Of a DNA stretch of 64,000 nucleotides, positions 48,854 through 58,807 are shown piece by piece. The position numbers were made by a program, and so were the translations under genes. Source of the DNA: Alphaproteobacteria bacterium (lineage in GTDB: Bacteria; Pseudomonadota; Alphaproteobacteria; SP197); the NCBI GenBank assembly GCA_965200745.1, contig CBDAUZ010000002.1, positions 199,165 through 263,164 on the forward strand, given 5' to 3'. The first letter of the stretch is position 1. Each line of letters starts with the position of its first letter. The notes under the pieces were generated by a model. That model saw only the letters and a list, made by a program, of their open reading frames with translations. It did not search any database and had not been told where the DNA came from.

Positions 48854-50572
48854 ATGCGGGAGTACTTTCGCCGCTTGGGAAGACTCCTCCGGTTTCGGCA
48901 ACCACCGTCATTCTTGTTGATCGCGACATGCGTTATCGCATTCATCGTCATGTTGCCAATCGTGGCGGTCGTCTCGCGGGTCGGTGCAGACAGCGGCGGT
49001 GTCTGGTCAGAAATTGCGCCACGCGTCCTTGATGTCTACCTGATCAACACTGTGATCTTGCTGGCCGGTGTTGCCGTTCTGGCCGGCACAATTGGTACCG
49101 TCACGGCCTGGCTCATCACAATGTACGAGTTTCCAGGCCGCCGCGTGATGGAAATACTTCTGCTTCTGCCATTTGCGGTGCCGGCGTTTGTGCTCGCCTA
49201 TGTCTACACGGACCTTCTCGAGTTCGCCGGGCCTGTCCAGACCCTGCTGCGCGATACATTCGGCTGGACACGCCATGACTATTTCTTCCCGTCAATCCGG
49301 TCGACGACAGGCGCGATCCTCATGCTTTCGTTCGTGCTCTATCCATATGTTTACCTGTTGGGACGTGCGTCATTTCTCATGCAGCCGGTCAAGGCTTCCG
49401 AGGTTGCACGGATTCACGGATACGGATCATGGCACAGATTCTTCCGCGTCTGTCTTCCAATGGCTCGCCCCGGCCTGCTCGCAGGTCTGGCGCTGGCACT
49501 CATGGAAACACTCGCTGATTTCGGAACCGTCGAGTACTTCGGTGTCCAGACCTTCACGACCGGTATCTATCGCGCATGGTTCCTTCGCGGATCGCCGGAA
49601 ACCGCGGCGCAACTCTCGAGCATCCTGATGCTCTTCGTACTCGTCGTGATCCTTCTGGAACAGCATTCCCGTCGCGAAAGGCGTTTTGCAAGTGCGTCCG
49701 ATATGCTCTCACCATTGCGACGGACGAAACTCGCAGGAGTAGCAGGCTGGACAGCATTCGTTATTACACTTCTGCCTGTCATCGTCGGCTTCGCCATTCC
49801 CGGATCGGTTCTCCTGAATTACACACTTGAACAGGGAATCGGCGATTCAAGTTTCCTTACCTACGCCGGAAACTCGCTCCTCATTGCGACCCTCGGCGCC
49901 CTGGCGACAATCGGTGCAGCTGCCATTCTTGCCTACGGCGCACACAGTTCGCGGCACACGGTGGTGCGTTTCGCCGTACGGCTCTCAACCATGGGCTACG
50001 CAATTCCGGGATCGGTCATTGCCGTCGGCGTATTGATCCCGCTGACGACTCTGGACGACGCCATAAACCGGTTGACCATGGAGTTTCTGGGTGTATCGGT
50101 CGGGCTTGTACTGACCGGGTCGCTCTTTGCCCTGGTCTTTGCATACATGGTCAGATTTCTGGTCATCGCCTTCAACACGGTCGATTCCGGTTTTACGCGG
50201 TTGACACCGGAACTGAACGGCGCGGCCCGAACACTGGGGCACGGACAGTGGTCGGTGTTTCTGCGGATTCACGCACCGCTTCTGCGCGGCAGCCTGTTCA
50301 CGGGTGCCCTGCTCGTGTTTGCGGATATCATGAAGGAACTACCGGCCACACTGCTTGTGCGGCCGTTCAATTTCGAAACACTGGCGACGCGGGTCTACAG
50401 GTTGGCTTCTGATGAAAGACTCGCAGAGTCCGCGGCGCCGGCGCTTCTTATCGTCCTGGTTGGACTGATTCCGATCCTGATCCTGTCACGGCTGACGACG
50501 CGCACACGCCAATCGACCCGGGATCAGGAGTATGAACTGCCGTCCGTCACTTCCAGCCGTTACTCTCCATGA
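48854..50572 (+). CDS. Iron(III)-type ABC transporter permease, duplicated (two-domain) FbpB-like.
   Basis: 572 aa with two repeated MetI-like permease domains, each with an EAA-like loop. Its 3' end overlaps the convergent SBP gene by 26 nt. Confidence 0.85.
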   Translation: MREYFRRLGRLLRFRQPPSFLLIATCVIAFIVMLPIVAVVSRVGADSGGVWSEIAPRVLDVYLINTVILLAGVAVLAGTIGTVTAWLITMYEFPGRRVMEILLLLPFAVPAFVLAYVYTDLLEFAGPVQTLLRDTFGWTRHDYFFPSIRSTTGAILMLSFVLYPYVYLLGRASFLMQPVKASEVARIHGYGSWHRFFRVCLPMARPGLLAGLALALMETLADFGTVEYFGVQTFTTGIYRAWFLRGSPETAAQLSSILMLFVLVVILLEQHSRRERRFASASDMLSPLRRTKLAGVAGWTAFVITLLPVIVGFAIPGSVLLNYTLEQGIGDSSFLTYAGNSLLIATLGALATIGAAAILAYGAHSSRHTVVRFAVRLSTMGYAIPGSVIAVGVLIPLTTLDDAINRLTMEFLGVSVGLVLTGSLFALVFAYMVRFLVIAFNTVDSGFTRLTPELNGAARTLGHGQWSVFLRIHAPLLRGSLFTGALLVFADIMKELPATLLVRPFNFETLATRVYRLASDERLAESAAPALLIVLVGLIPILILSRLTTRTRQSTRDQEYELPSVTSSRYSP

Positions 50573-51572
50573 TACTGAGGGCCGTGCCACGATGGGCACC
50601 AATGGTCTGAAGGTTGATCGAGTCAGTCTTGAATTCCCCGTAGAGGTCATCGAGAACCGATGCACGCGCAACACCTTCCAGTACTGGCCACTCGTTGTTT
50701 CGGTCGGCAAACACGGCCTGTGCTTCTGCACTTGCCAGGAACTCGAGAAAGGCAACCGCGTTTTCTGCATTGGGCGAATACGCAACCACGCCTGCACCGG
50801 AAATGTTGATGTGGGTTCCCCTGTCGCCCTGATTGGGTAGCACAGGGACAATGGCCTCGGCGACCGCCACGTCTTCCTCTTTCGAGGATCGCATCAGACG
50901 GGCGAGATAGTACGAATTGGCGACGGCAATCTCGCACTCACCGGCGGCAACCGCCTTGATCTGACCCGTATCGTTTGATTCGGGTTCCCGCGCCATGTTT
51001 GCAACCAGACCTTTCACCCACTCGGTCGTTGCTTCCTCACCGTTCGCATTGATGAGTGAAGACACAAGCGACTGATTGTAGACGTTGCCGGATGAACGAA
51101 TGCAGATCATGTCTGCGTACCTGGGATCGGCCAGATCTTCGTAGCGCTCCGGATGATCAATGTCCGCATCCCTGTGAACCATGATGATTCGTGCACGGCG
51201 CGTAAACGCATACCACATGCCCTCGGGATGTCTGAGTTCCGACGGAATGCTGTTGTTGAGTGTATCGGACGCTGTTGACTGAAGCAGCCCGTCAGCGGCC
51301 GCACGCTCGAGATTCCCTACGTCCGCCGCAAGGAACACGTCTGCCGGACTGTTCTCCCCTTCACTCCTGATCCGCTCAAGCAACGCGCCTGCCTTGTCTT
51401 CGATGACGTTGACGACGATGCCGGTCTGTTCGGTAAAACGCTCGTAGAGAATGATATCGGTGTCGTAATGCCGCGACGTGTAGAGGTTGACCTCGTTCGC
51501 CATGGCAAGACTGCCCGCCATGACACACGGAATTGAAAATGCGGCGGCCGCCGCAAGTACTCGCGTGTACAT
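50547..51572 (-). CDS. Fe(3+)-type ABC transporter periplasmic substrate-binding protein (FbpA/AfuA-like).
   Basis: 341 aa. Signal peptide MYTRVLAAAAAFSIPCVMAGSLAMA; SBP-fold segments typical of the ferric-binding-protein family. Confidence 0.85.
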   Translation of the reverse strand: MYTRVLAAAAAFSIPCVMAGSLAMANEVNLYTSRHYDTDIILYERFTEQTGIVVNVIEDKAGALLERIRSEGENSPADVFLAADVGNLERAAADGLLQSTASDTLNNSIPSELRHPEGMWYAFTRRARIIMVHRDADIDHPERYEDLADPRYADMICIRSSGNVYNQSLVSSLINANGEEATTEWVKGLVANMAREPESNDTGQIKAVAAGECEIAVANSYYLARLMRSSKEEDVAVAEAIVPVLPNQGDRGTHINISGAGVVAYSPNAENAVAFLEFLASAEAQAVFADRNNEWPVLEGVARASVLDDLYGEFKTDSINLQTIGAHRGTALSIMESNGWK

Positions 51573-51950
51573 GTGAAATTACCCTTAGTTGCGAATGATT
51601 ATACCTAGCATTCGCATATACATGGCACATGAAATGTCGTCAACAACCAATGGACCACTCCAACCGGAAGCGACCCGGCATTGGCCACGCTTTCGACATG
51701 TCCTGCCGATGTGACCGAGAATCTCTCAGGTCAGAAAACAAACGACGATTTCTATGGTGTTCTTTCGTTCCGTCTGGATGTCGGGCCTCACGGGAGTATG
51801 ATCGGTCAACCAACATTCAGTGGTCGCGCGCATGTCGCGAGACCGGGCCAGACATCAGAGATTTCTCGAACCTCGATAGCAGCATTGCCGCGCGAACTGT
51901 GTGGATATTACCGGTCAAGTCGACCGAGAATGTGGTAGTTTCCGCGTCAC

Positions 51951-54218
51951 ATGGACATCGCCCCGAACAATTCAGGCAGCCATAAAGAGGATGCCGCCAG
52001 CCTTCTCGATCTCTTGAATGAAACGCAGCGCCATGCGGTTGTGGCGACCGAAGGCCCCGTACTGGTACTTGCCGGTGCCGGCACAGGCAAAACCCGGACA
52101 CTGACCGTCCGCATTGCACATCTCATAGCTGCGCGGCTCGCCTACCCCGGACAGATTCTCGCCGTCACGTTCACGAACAAGGCGGCAGCAGAGATGTCGA
52201 TGCGTATTGGAGAATTGATCGACCACCGCACCGACGGGCTCTGGTTCGGAACCTTTCACGCGATCGGAGCCAGGATTCTCCGACGTCACGCCGAACTCGC
52301 CGGCCTTAAACCAGGGTTCGTGATCGCGAACACGGATGACCAGCTTCAGCTTGCGAAGCAGGTACTCGAAGAGTCCAGCGTGGACAACAAGAGGTGGCCT
52401 GCGCGTGAACTTGTTGCGTACATCCAGAGATGGAAAGACAAGGGGTGGATGCCGGAGCAGGTACCCGCAGACCAGATTCCGGACTATGCCAACGGTTCGG
52501 CCGTCACGCTTTACCACGCGTACCAGGCGTTGCTCCAACGATTGAATGTCGCGGATTTCGGAGACTTGCTGCTTCTGACACTGGAACTGTTCCAGCGTCA
52601 TCCCGATGTGCTCGCAAACTATCACCGGATGTTTCGCTACATCCTCGTTGACGAGTATCAGGATTCCAATGTCGCGCAGTACCTCTGGTTGCGCCTGCTG
52701 GCGCAGGCCAGCGGGAATATCTGCTGTGTAGGCGACGACGATCAGTCCATATATGGCTGGCGTGGTGCTGAAGTGGGAAACATCCTGCGATTCGAAACCG
52801 ATTATCCCGGCGCAACGGTCGTGCGACTGGAGAGAAACTATCGCTCGACCCGCCACATACTCGGCGCAGCCTCCGGATTGATCTCAAACAATCAGGTCCG
52901 TCTGGGTAAGACACTTTGGACCGACACCGAATTCGAGGGGGAAGGCATACCGGTACAGATCCGCCCTGCCTACGATGATGGAGAAGAGGCGCGTACCGTG
53001 GCCAACGAGATCGAGAGACTTCAGAGCAAGAAGGTACCACTCGAGGAGATAGGAATCCTTGTGCGCGCAGGACATCAGTTTCGCGCATTCGAGGAACGAT
53101 TCAGCACATTGGATATTCCCTATCGGATTGTCGGGGGTCTGAGATACTTCGAGCGCGCGGAAATACGCGATACCTGTGCGTATCTCCGTCTGGTGAGTCA
53201 ACCGCATGACGATCTCGCCTTTCAACGGATCGTCAACAAACCCAAACGCGGAGTCGGACCGAAAACATTGCAGCAAATCAGCGCGCGTGCTTTCAAGGAC
53301 GATATCTCCTGTTTCGAGGCCACAGAGCGGCTTGCGACGGAAGGCGGATTGTCCTTGACGGCCCGAAAGTCCTTGAAGGAATTCATCCAATCAATCTGGC
53401 GCTGGCGGTCACGTGCAGGAGACGTTCCGCTTTCAGGACTGACACGGACCATTCTCCACGAGTCGGGCTACGAGCAGATGTGCATCGACGACAATTCGGT
53501 GCAAAGTCGTTCACGCGTCGACAATTTGCGCGATTTCGTTTCGTGGATCGACAGTTTGGGCAACCTGGCCGAATTTCTTGATCACGTCAGTCTGACCATG
53601 GATGCAGACAGTGATCCGGAGACCGATAGGGTCAACCTGATGACTCTCCACAGCGCAAAGGGACTTGAGTTTCGCCACGTATTTCTTCCCGGTTGGGAAG
53701 AATCCGTGTTTCCGAACTGGAACGCACTGAACAGCGGTGGGAATTCCGCTGTGGAGGAAGAACGCAGACTCGCATATGTCGGCATCACAAGGGCGCGCCA
53801 GACTGCGACTATTCTCTACGCAGGAAGCCGTTTCACTCATGGACAGCGGTCATCTAATCCACCATCGCGTTTTTTGAACGAACTTCCCATGGAACATGTA
53901 GAATACGCCGATAGTGCGGGATTTGTGCCACGATTGAATTCGCGCATCCTGCCGGATTTTGGTGGACCTCGCCGATACACGTCCAGACACAAGCCGGCGC
54001 AAGATTCTTCTGTCGAACTGATCGAAGACGACCATGCACGGATTTCACGCAACGAGAACCGCCGGGCACATCTGACGACCCTCAAGACTGGCGCGCGAAT
54101 CTTCCACGACAAGTTCGGGTACGGCCGGATCATCAATGTTGATGGCAAGAAACTCGAGATTGATTTCGAACACACGGGAACCAAGAAAATTCTGGCAGAA
54201 TATGTTCAACCCGCATGA
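51951..54218 (+). CDS. uvrD: UvrD/Rep-family ATP-dependent DNA helicase (DNA helicase II-like).
   Basis: 755 aa. Motif I LVLAGAGTGKTRTL, II VDEYQDSN, III, and C-terminal motifs (...VGITRARQ...). Confidence 0.9.
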   Translation: MDIAPNNSGSHKEDAASLLDLLNETQRHAVVATEGPVLVLAGAGTGKTRTLTVRIAHLIAARLAYPGQILAVTFTNKAAAEMSMRIGELIDHRTDGLWFGTFHAIGARILRRHAELAGLKPGFVIANTDDQLQLAKQVLEESSVDNKRWPARELVAYIQRWKDKGWMPEQVPADQIPDYANGSAVTLYHAYQALLQRLNVADFGDLLLLTLELFQRHPDVLANYHRMFRYILVDEYQDSNVAQYLWLRLLAQASGNICCVGDDDQSIYGWRGAEVGNILRFETDYPGATVVRLERNYRSTRHILGAASGLISNNQVRLGKTLWTDTEFEGEGIPVQIRPAYDDGEEARTVANEIERLQSKKVPLEEIGILVRAGHQFRAFEERFSTLDIPYRIVGGLRYFERAEIRDTCAYLRLVSQPHDDLAFQRIVNKPKRGVGPKTLQQISARAFKDDISCFEATERLATEGGLSLTARKSLKEFIQSIWRWRSRAGDVPLSGLTRTILHESGYEQMCIDDNSVQSRSRVDNLRDFVSWIDSLGNLAEFLDHVSLTMDADSDPETDRVNLMTLHSAKGLEFRHVFLPGWEESVFPNWNALNSGGNSAVEEERRLAYVGITRARQTATILYAGSRFTHGQRSSNPPSRFLNELPMEHVEYADSAGFVPRLNSRILPDFGGPRRYTSRHKPAQDSSVELIEDDHARISRNENRRAHLTTLKTGARIFHDKFGYGRIINVDGKKLEIDFEHTGTKKILAEYVQPA

Positions 54219-55111
54219 CAGGTGATCAGATTGTCTGGCAGGTATCTTTCGACGTCCCCGAAGCCCTTGTTGAATGCGCGGAGTTCTGTCTCGAAGAACA
54301 CGGTGCCATTTCTGTTTCGGTCTTCGAGAACCCGCATGACATGCGAAACATTTCGGCGGTATTCGAGTCCGAACCCGATCTGAACCGGATTGGTACAACC
54401 GACAGCGTCTTGTTGCCGTCACAATACCTGGCGACCGCCACACTCAAGCGACTTCAGAACATCGATTGGGTTGCACAAACCAATCGCCTTGATTCGCCGC
54501 GACGGATCGGTCCGTTCATTGTTCGCAGTCGTACATGCGCGCCGCGCGGACGCGCAGGAATTCACATCATTGTTGATGCAGGTACCGCATTCGGAACCGG
54601 CGAACATGGCACGACAGCGGGCTGTTTGCTCGCACTTACAGATCTGCAACGATGCGGTTTTGTCGCGGACCATGTGATCGATATGGGTTGTGGAACGGGT
54701 ATCCTTTCCATTGCGGCATCGTACCTCTGGAATTGTCCGATTCTGGCCGTCGATAACGATCGCGATGCGGTCCTGTTCGCACAGGAAGCCGTTCGTGTGA
54801 ATCAGCAGGATTGCCTTGTCGGCGTCACGGAAAGCACAGGATTTCGCGATCTCGATCTTTCACACAACCCGCCAACCAACCTGGTCATTGCAAATATCCT
54901 CGCGCAATCGCTTGTTGACATGGCGTCGGGAATTTATGAGGTGCTGCGACCGGGTGGTTGTGTGATCCTGTCAGGGATTCTCGGAACACAGGTCAGTTGG
55001 GTTATGCGAGCATTTGGAGAAGCGGGATTTTCACTTCTCGCGAGTCGAGCGATCGATGACTGGGTGACGATAACCCTTGCCCGGAATTACGATTACATGG
55101 ATCGTCCTTGA
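54215..55111 (+). CDS. prmA: Ribosomal protein L11 methyltransferase.
   Basis: FGTGEHGTTAGCL and SAM-binding DMGCGTGILSIAA. ATGA overlap with uvrD. Confidence 0.9.
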   Translation: MTGDQIVWQVSFDVPEALVECAEFCLEEHGAISVSVFENPHDMRNISAVFESEPDLNRIGTTDSVLLPSQYLATATLKRLQNIDWVAQTNRLDSPRRIGPFIVRSRTCAPRGRAGIHIIVDAGTAFGTGEHGTTAGCLLALTDLQRCGFVADHVIDMGCGTGILSIAASYLWNCPILAVDNDRDAVLFAQEAVRVNQQDCLVGVTESTGFRDLDLSHNPPTNLVIANILAQSLVDMASGIYEVLRPGGCVILSGILGTQVSWVMRAFGEAGFSLLASRAIDDWVTITLARNYDYMDRP

Positions 55112-55326
55112 GAGTTTGCACTGTCGGAGGCGAGTTTGTTCAGGTTGTCACCACGGCGGACCGAGTTTTGAATCAGAGTGAACCCACCAGAAGATCCCGA
55201 TACGGCGGTGATGCCAGACTTGCCGTACTGCTGGCCAATGAACGAACCGGTCAAACGGTTGCGCAAACCCGGGAAATTGTCGCCGGTGTGATTGCGGCTC
55301 CCGGACATCCGGACCCATGTCACTGG

Positions 55327-57225
55327 ATGAACATGATTTCAGCTGCGTGCAGCCCTGAGCTGTCTCGTGAACTCGCGGCGCTTCAAGGCGATCTTTCGGA
55401 TCGGGCGGCCAACAGTTCGCAGGTTGTGTCTCCAGCACCCGCGTGGCGACTCAAGGCGTTGCGCCGCGAGATGGCCGCGCGGTCGCTCGACGGGTTCATC
55501 GTACCGCACGATGATGAACACCAGGGTGAATTCCTGCCCTTGCGCAGTGAGCGACTACGCTGGTTAACCGGCTTTACAGGGTCGGCAGGTGTTGCCGTCA
55601 TTCTCGAATCGGATGCTGCCATCTTCGTCGACGGACGCTACACGCTGCAGGTCCGAATGCAGGTCTCGGAACACGACTATGAAATCCGCCATCTGATGCG
55701 CGAACCGGTCGATGAATGGCTTGCAACGAAATCCGCCGGTCTGCGTATCGGATTCGATCCCTGGCTGCACATTGAGGCCGATGTCGAAAAACTGCGAACT
55801 GCCGTTGCGAAGGCGGGTGGCGAAATCGTCGCGTGCGGCAGCAACCCCATCGACGTCATCTGGTCCAATCAACCGGCAAGGCCGCTGTCGCCAATCGTGC
55901 CCCATGAACTCCAGTTCGCAGGCCAGCCGTCGTCGGAGAAACTGCTGGAAATTGCCGGGTTTCTCGAAACGGAAAACCTGGCCGCGGCTGTCATTTCCGA
56001 TCCCGCCTCGTTGGCCTGGCTCTTCAACATTCGCGGTGGCGATGTCGCGGATATTCCTGTCTCGCTGGGTTTCGCGCTGGTCGAGCAGAACGGTCGTGCG
56101 ACCATTTTCACGGATTTGTACAAGGTGACCGCATCGCTGTCTGACTGGTTGCCCGAAAACGTCGTGGTCAAGAGCACGGATCTCATGGGCAGCATCCTTG
56201 ACAGGATCTCCGCAGACGGCGCACGGGTTCTGGTTGACCATCAAACCGGTGCACACTGGTTTGTGCAGCGAATTCGTGATGCAGGAGGCGTACCCCGACT
56301 TGCACGTGACCCCTGTGCGCTGCCAAAGGCACGCAAGAATGCAATCGAGATTGCCGGGACGCGCAACGCCCACAAGCGCGATGGCGTTGCGTTGACCAGG
56401 TTTCTGGCATGGCTCGACTCCGCCACGGCAGCCGGCAGCAATGTTCAGCTGGATGAACTGGGTGCGGTGGAAAAACTTTTCGAGTTTCGCAGTGAGATCG
56501 CGGAGTTCAGGGGCAACAGCTTCGATACGATCTCCGGTGCCGGACCCAACGGCGCCATCGTCCACTACAGGGCAACGCCGGAGACAAACCGGGCATTCGA
56601 ATCCGGGTCGATGTATCTGGTGGATTCAGGAGGGCAGTATCTGGACGGTACAACTGACGTCACCCGAACAATCGCCATCGGTCAACCTGACGATGACATG
56701 AAACGCCATTTCACTGCAGTACTCAAAGGGCATATTGCGATCGCGACCGCACGATTCCCCAAGGGAACAACCGGTGTTGCCCTTGACGCGCTGGCGCGTG
56801 CGCCGTTGTGGCGTATTGGCGTCGATTTCGACCACGGGACCGGACACGGTGTCGGTAGCTACCTCGGAGTCCATGAAGGACCCCAGTCCATTTCTCCTCG
56901 CTCCGGCATTCCCCTGGAACCCGGCATGATCGTGTCCAATGAACCCGGATACTACCGTGCGGATGGCTGGGGTATTCGTATCGAGAACCTTGTCGTGGTC
57001 GAAGAGGATCCGCGTGAGAGTGAACGCGAGATGCTTCGATGTTCAACGCTCACCATGGCACCAATTGATCTCCGGCTTGTGGATGTTGATGCGTTGACCA
57101 GGGACGAAATCTCGTGGCTTGATGCGTACCACAGCCAGGTTCGTGAAACTCTGGAACCTCACCTTGATCAGGAATGTCGCGCCTGGCTTGAGTCTGCAAC
57201 GCGTCCGGTGGCGTCAACGCGCTGA
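55327..57225 (+). CDS. pepP: Xaa-Pro aminopeptidase (aminopeptidase P, M24B).
   Basis: Creatinase_N-like N-terminus (LDGFIVPHDDEHQGEFL) and M24 C-terminal domain with metal ligands (...HGTGHGVGSYLGVHE..., ...EPGYY...). Start chosen at MNMIS (ATG 55327); the ORF track starts at 55108. Confidence 0.85.
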   Translation: MNMISAACSPELSRELAALQGDLSDRAANSSQVVSPAPAWRLKALRREMAARSLDGFIVPHDDEHQGEFLPLRSERLRWLTGFTGSAGVAVILESDAAIFVDGRYTLQVRMQVSEHDYEIRHLMREPVDEWLATKSAGLRIGFDPWLHIEADVEKLRTAVAKAGGEIVACGSNPIDVIWSNQPARPLSPIVPHELQFAGQPSSEKLLEIAGFLETENLAAAVISDPASLAWLFNIRGGDVADIPVSLGFALVEQNGRATIFTDLYKVTASLSDWLPENVVVKSTDLMGSILDRISADGARVLVDHQTGAHWFVQRIRDAGGVPRLARDPCALPKARKNAIEIAGTRNAHKRDGVALTRFLAWLDSATAAGSNVQLDELGAVEKLFEFRSEIAEFRGNSFDTISGAGPNGAIVHYRATPETNRAFESGSMYLVDSGGQYLDGTTDVTRTIAIGQPDDDMKRHFTAVLKGHIAIATARFPKGTTGVALDALARAPLWRIGVDFDHGTGHGVGSYLGVHEGPQSISPRSGIPLEPGMIVSNEPGYYRADGWGIRIENLVVVEEDPRESEREMLRCSTLTMAPIDLRLVDVDALTRDEISWLDAYHSQVRETLEPHLDQECRAWLESATRPVASTR

Positions 57226-57267
57226 TTTGAGTGCTCGGGTCTTTCGCATGCAACATGGAACCACAAG

Positions 57268-57546
57268 ATGAAACACGCCGGACCTGATGCACTGGAGGCT
57301 CTGGACGGCGTGATCTTCCGGTTACGGGAACTCGTTGAACTCAAGGAACGCAAGCCGGGTGTATTCTATCGAAATTCCCGTGCCTTCCTGCATTTTCATG
57401 AGGACCCGGCAGGCTTGTTCTGTGACGTTCGTCTTGACACGGCAGGCGCGTTCACACGGGTCCCCGTCAACACACCCGACGAACAGGAGCGCTTGCTTGC
57501 CCGGGTGCGCCGGTCGGTTTCCCGAGACGTAAACAACAGTCGTTGA
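57268..57546 (+). CDS. Hypothetical small protein (92 aa).
   Basis: Host-like codon usage; no recognisable motif; weak SD. Confidence 0.4.
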   Translation: MKHAGPDALEALDGVIFRLRELVELKERKPGVFYRNSRAFLHFHEDPAGLFCDVRLDTAGAFTRVPVNTPDEQERLLARVRRSVSRDVNNSR

Positions 57547-57674
57547 GGATACGGCCGGATCATGACTGAAAGTTCGCTGCTTCAGACTCCCTCAGGCCGT
57601 CCCGAGCCCGGGCGCTTGGAATCCCTTTTGATGGCATACCGGGAAAGAACAACGCCATTACCGATGTTCCAGGT

Positions 57675-58709
57675 GTGGAAATTGGCTACTGCACCCTGAT
57701 CGAGGGTACAGGTCCACTTGTGGTGGGCCAAGGGCCGGTTCGAACAGGCGTGACTGCAGTGATTCCCCGTGGACGGGAGCACGCCGCAGAACCGGTCATG
57801 GCAGCACAGTTCAGCCTGAACGGAAACGGTGAACTTACCGGTAGTTGGTGGATTGAGGAAAGCGGCCAGTGCGACGGGCCGATCACGATCACGAACACGC
57901 ATTCATGCGGCGTTACACGCGATGCCACCATCGAATGGCTGAACCAGCGATTTGCCAACTATACGGAGAGCCCTTCTTGGGGGTTGCCAGTGTCGGGAGA
58001 GACCTACGACGGCTGGCTGAACGACATCAACGGCTTTCATGTCACGCGGGAACATGTCTTTCAGGCGATCGAGTCCGCGTCGGCTGGTCCCATCGAAGAA
58101 GGCAGTGTTGGTGGCGGGACGGGCATGATGCTTTACGGACACAAGGGTGGATCAGGTACTGCCTCGCGCGTCGTTGACTACGGCGCACGATCCTTTGTCG
58201 TCGGGGCTTTCGTTCAGGCAAACTTCGGACTTCGCGCGCAATTGACAATCGCCGGAATCCCCATGGCTGAACATTTACCCGGGCCCGAACCGTACGGCGA
58301 GGATACGGGATCGATTATTGCCATCGTCGGAACGGATGCGCCGTTGCTCCCTCACCAATGCAAAAGGCTTGCGCGTCGAATTTCGCTCGGGATTGCGAAA
58401 GGCGGATCAATTTCGGGCACGGGTTCCGGCGATATCTTTCTCGCATTCTCCACCGCGTCATCCGGACAACTGATCTCCGACAATCCCTTCCTTCAGATCG
58501 AGGCCATCAGGGACCACCGCATTGATCCGTTTTTTGAAGCAGTCATCCAGGCCGTTGATGAAGCGATCATGAATGTTCTTGCCGTAAGCGAGTCAATGAC
58601 CGGAGTGAACGGGAACACTGCCGAACCGCTTGATCGAAAAAAGGTCACGCAGGTGCTGAAACAATACGGTCGATATCGCGAACCGCCGGGTGTACCACTG
58701 CCGTCTTGA
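57675..58709 (+). CDS. P1-family peptidase (DmpA/S58 L-aminopeptidase D-Ala-esterase/amidase-like). The 5' end is probably longer than called; see findings.
   Basis: NAITDVPGVEIGYCTLIEG N-terminal hallmark (in-frame residues just upstream of the GTG at 57675), then the GG/T self-processing region (...GSVGGGTGMM...). The in-frame extension back to 57567 lacks a canonical start, and an ATG at 57562 is in another frame. Confidence 0.75.
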   Translation: MEIGYCTLIEGTGPLVVGQGPVRTGVTAVIPRGREHAAEPVMAAQFSLNGNGELTGSWWIEESGQCDGPITITNTHSCGVTRDATIEWLNQRFANYTESPSWGLPVSGETYDGWLNDINGFHVTREHVFQAIESASAGPIEEGSVGGGTGMMLYGHKGGSGTASRVVDYGARSFVVGAFVQANFGLRAQLTIAGIPMAEHLPGPEPYGEDTGSIIAIVGTDAPLLPHQCKRLARRISLGIAKGGSISGTGSGDIFLAFSTASSGQLISDNPFLQIEAIRDHRIDPFFEAVIQAVDEAIMNVLAVSESMTGVNGNTAEPLDRKKVTQVLKQYGRYREPPGVPLPS

Positions 58710-58807
58710 GCGTTTATGCTGTTCACAAACACGGGAACGGGCATCGGGTACCTTGATCCCTACGGGTCCATGCCTGTTCTGTATGCGTGAAGACCGCCAG
58801 GACATTC

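Noticed and set aside
55564-56565. 333-aa minus-strand ORF
   Set aside because: Antisense to pepP, which has clear M24B motifs. No domain evidence.
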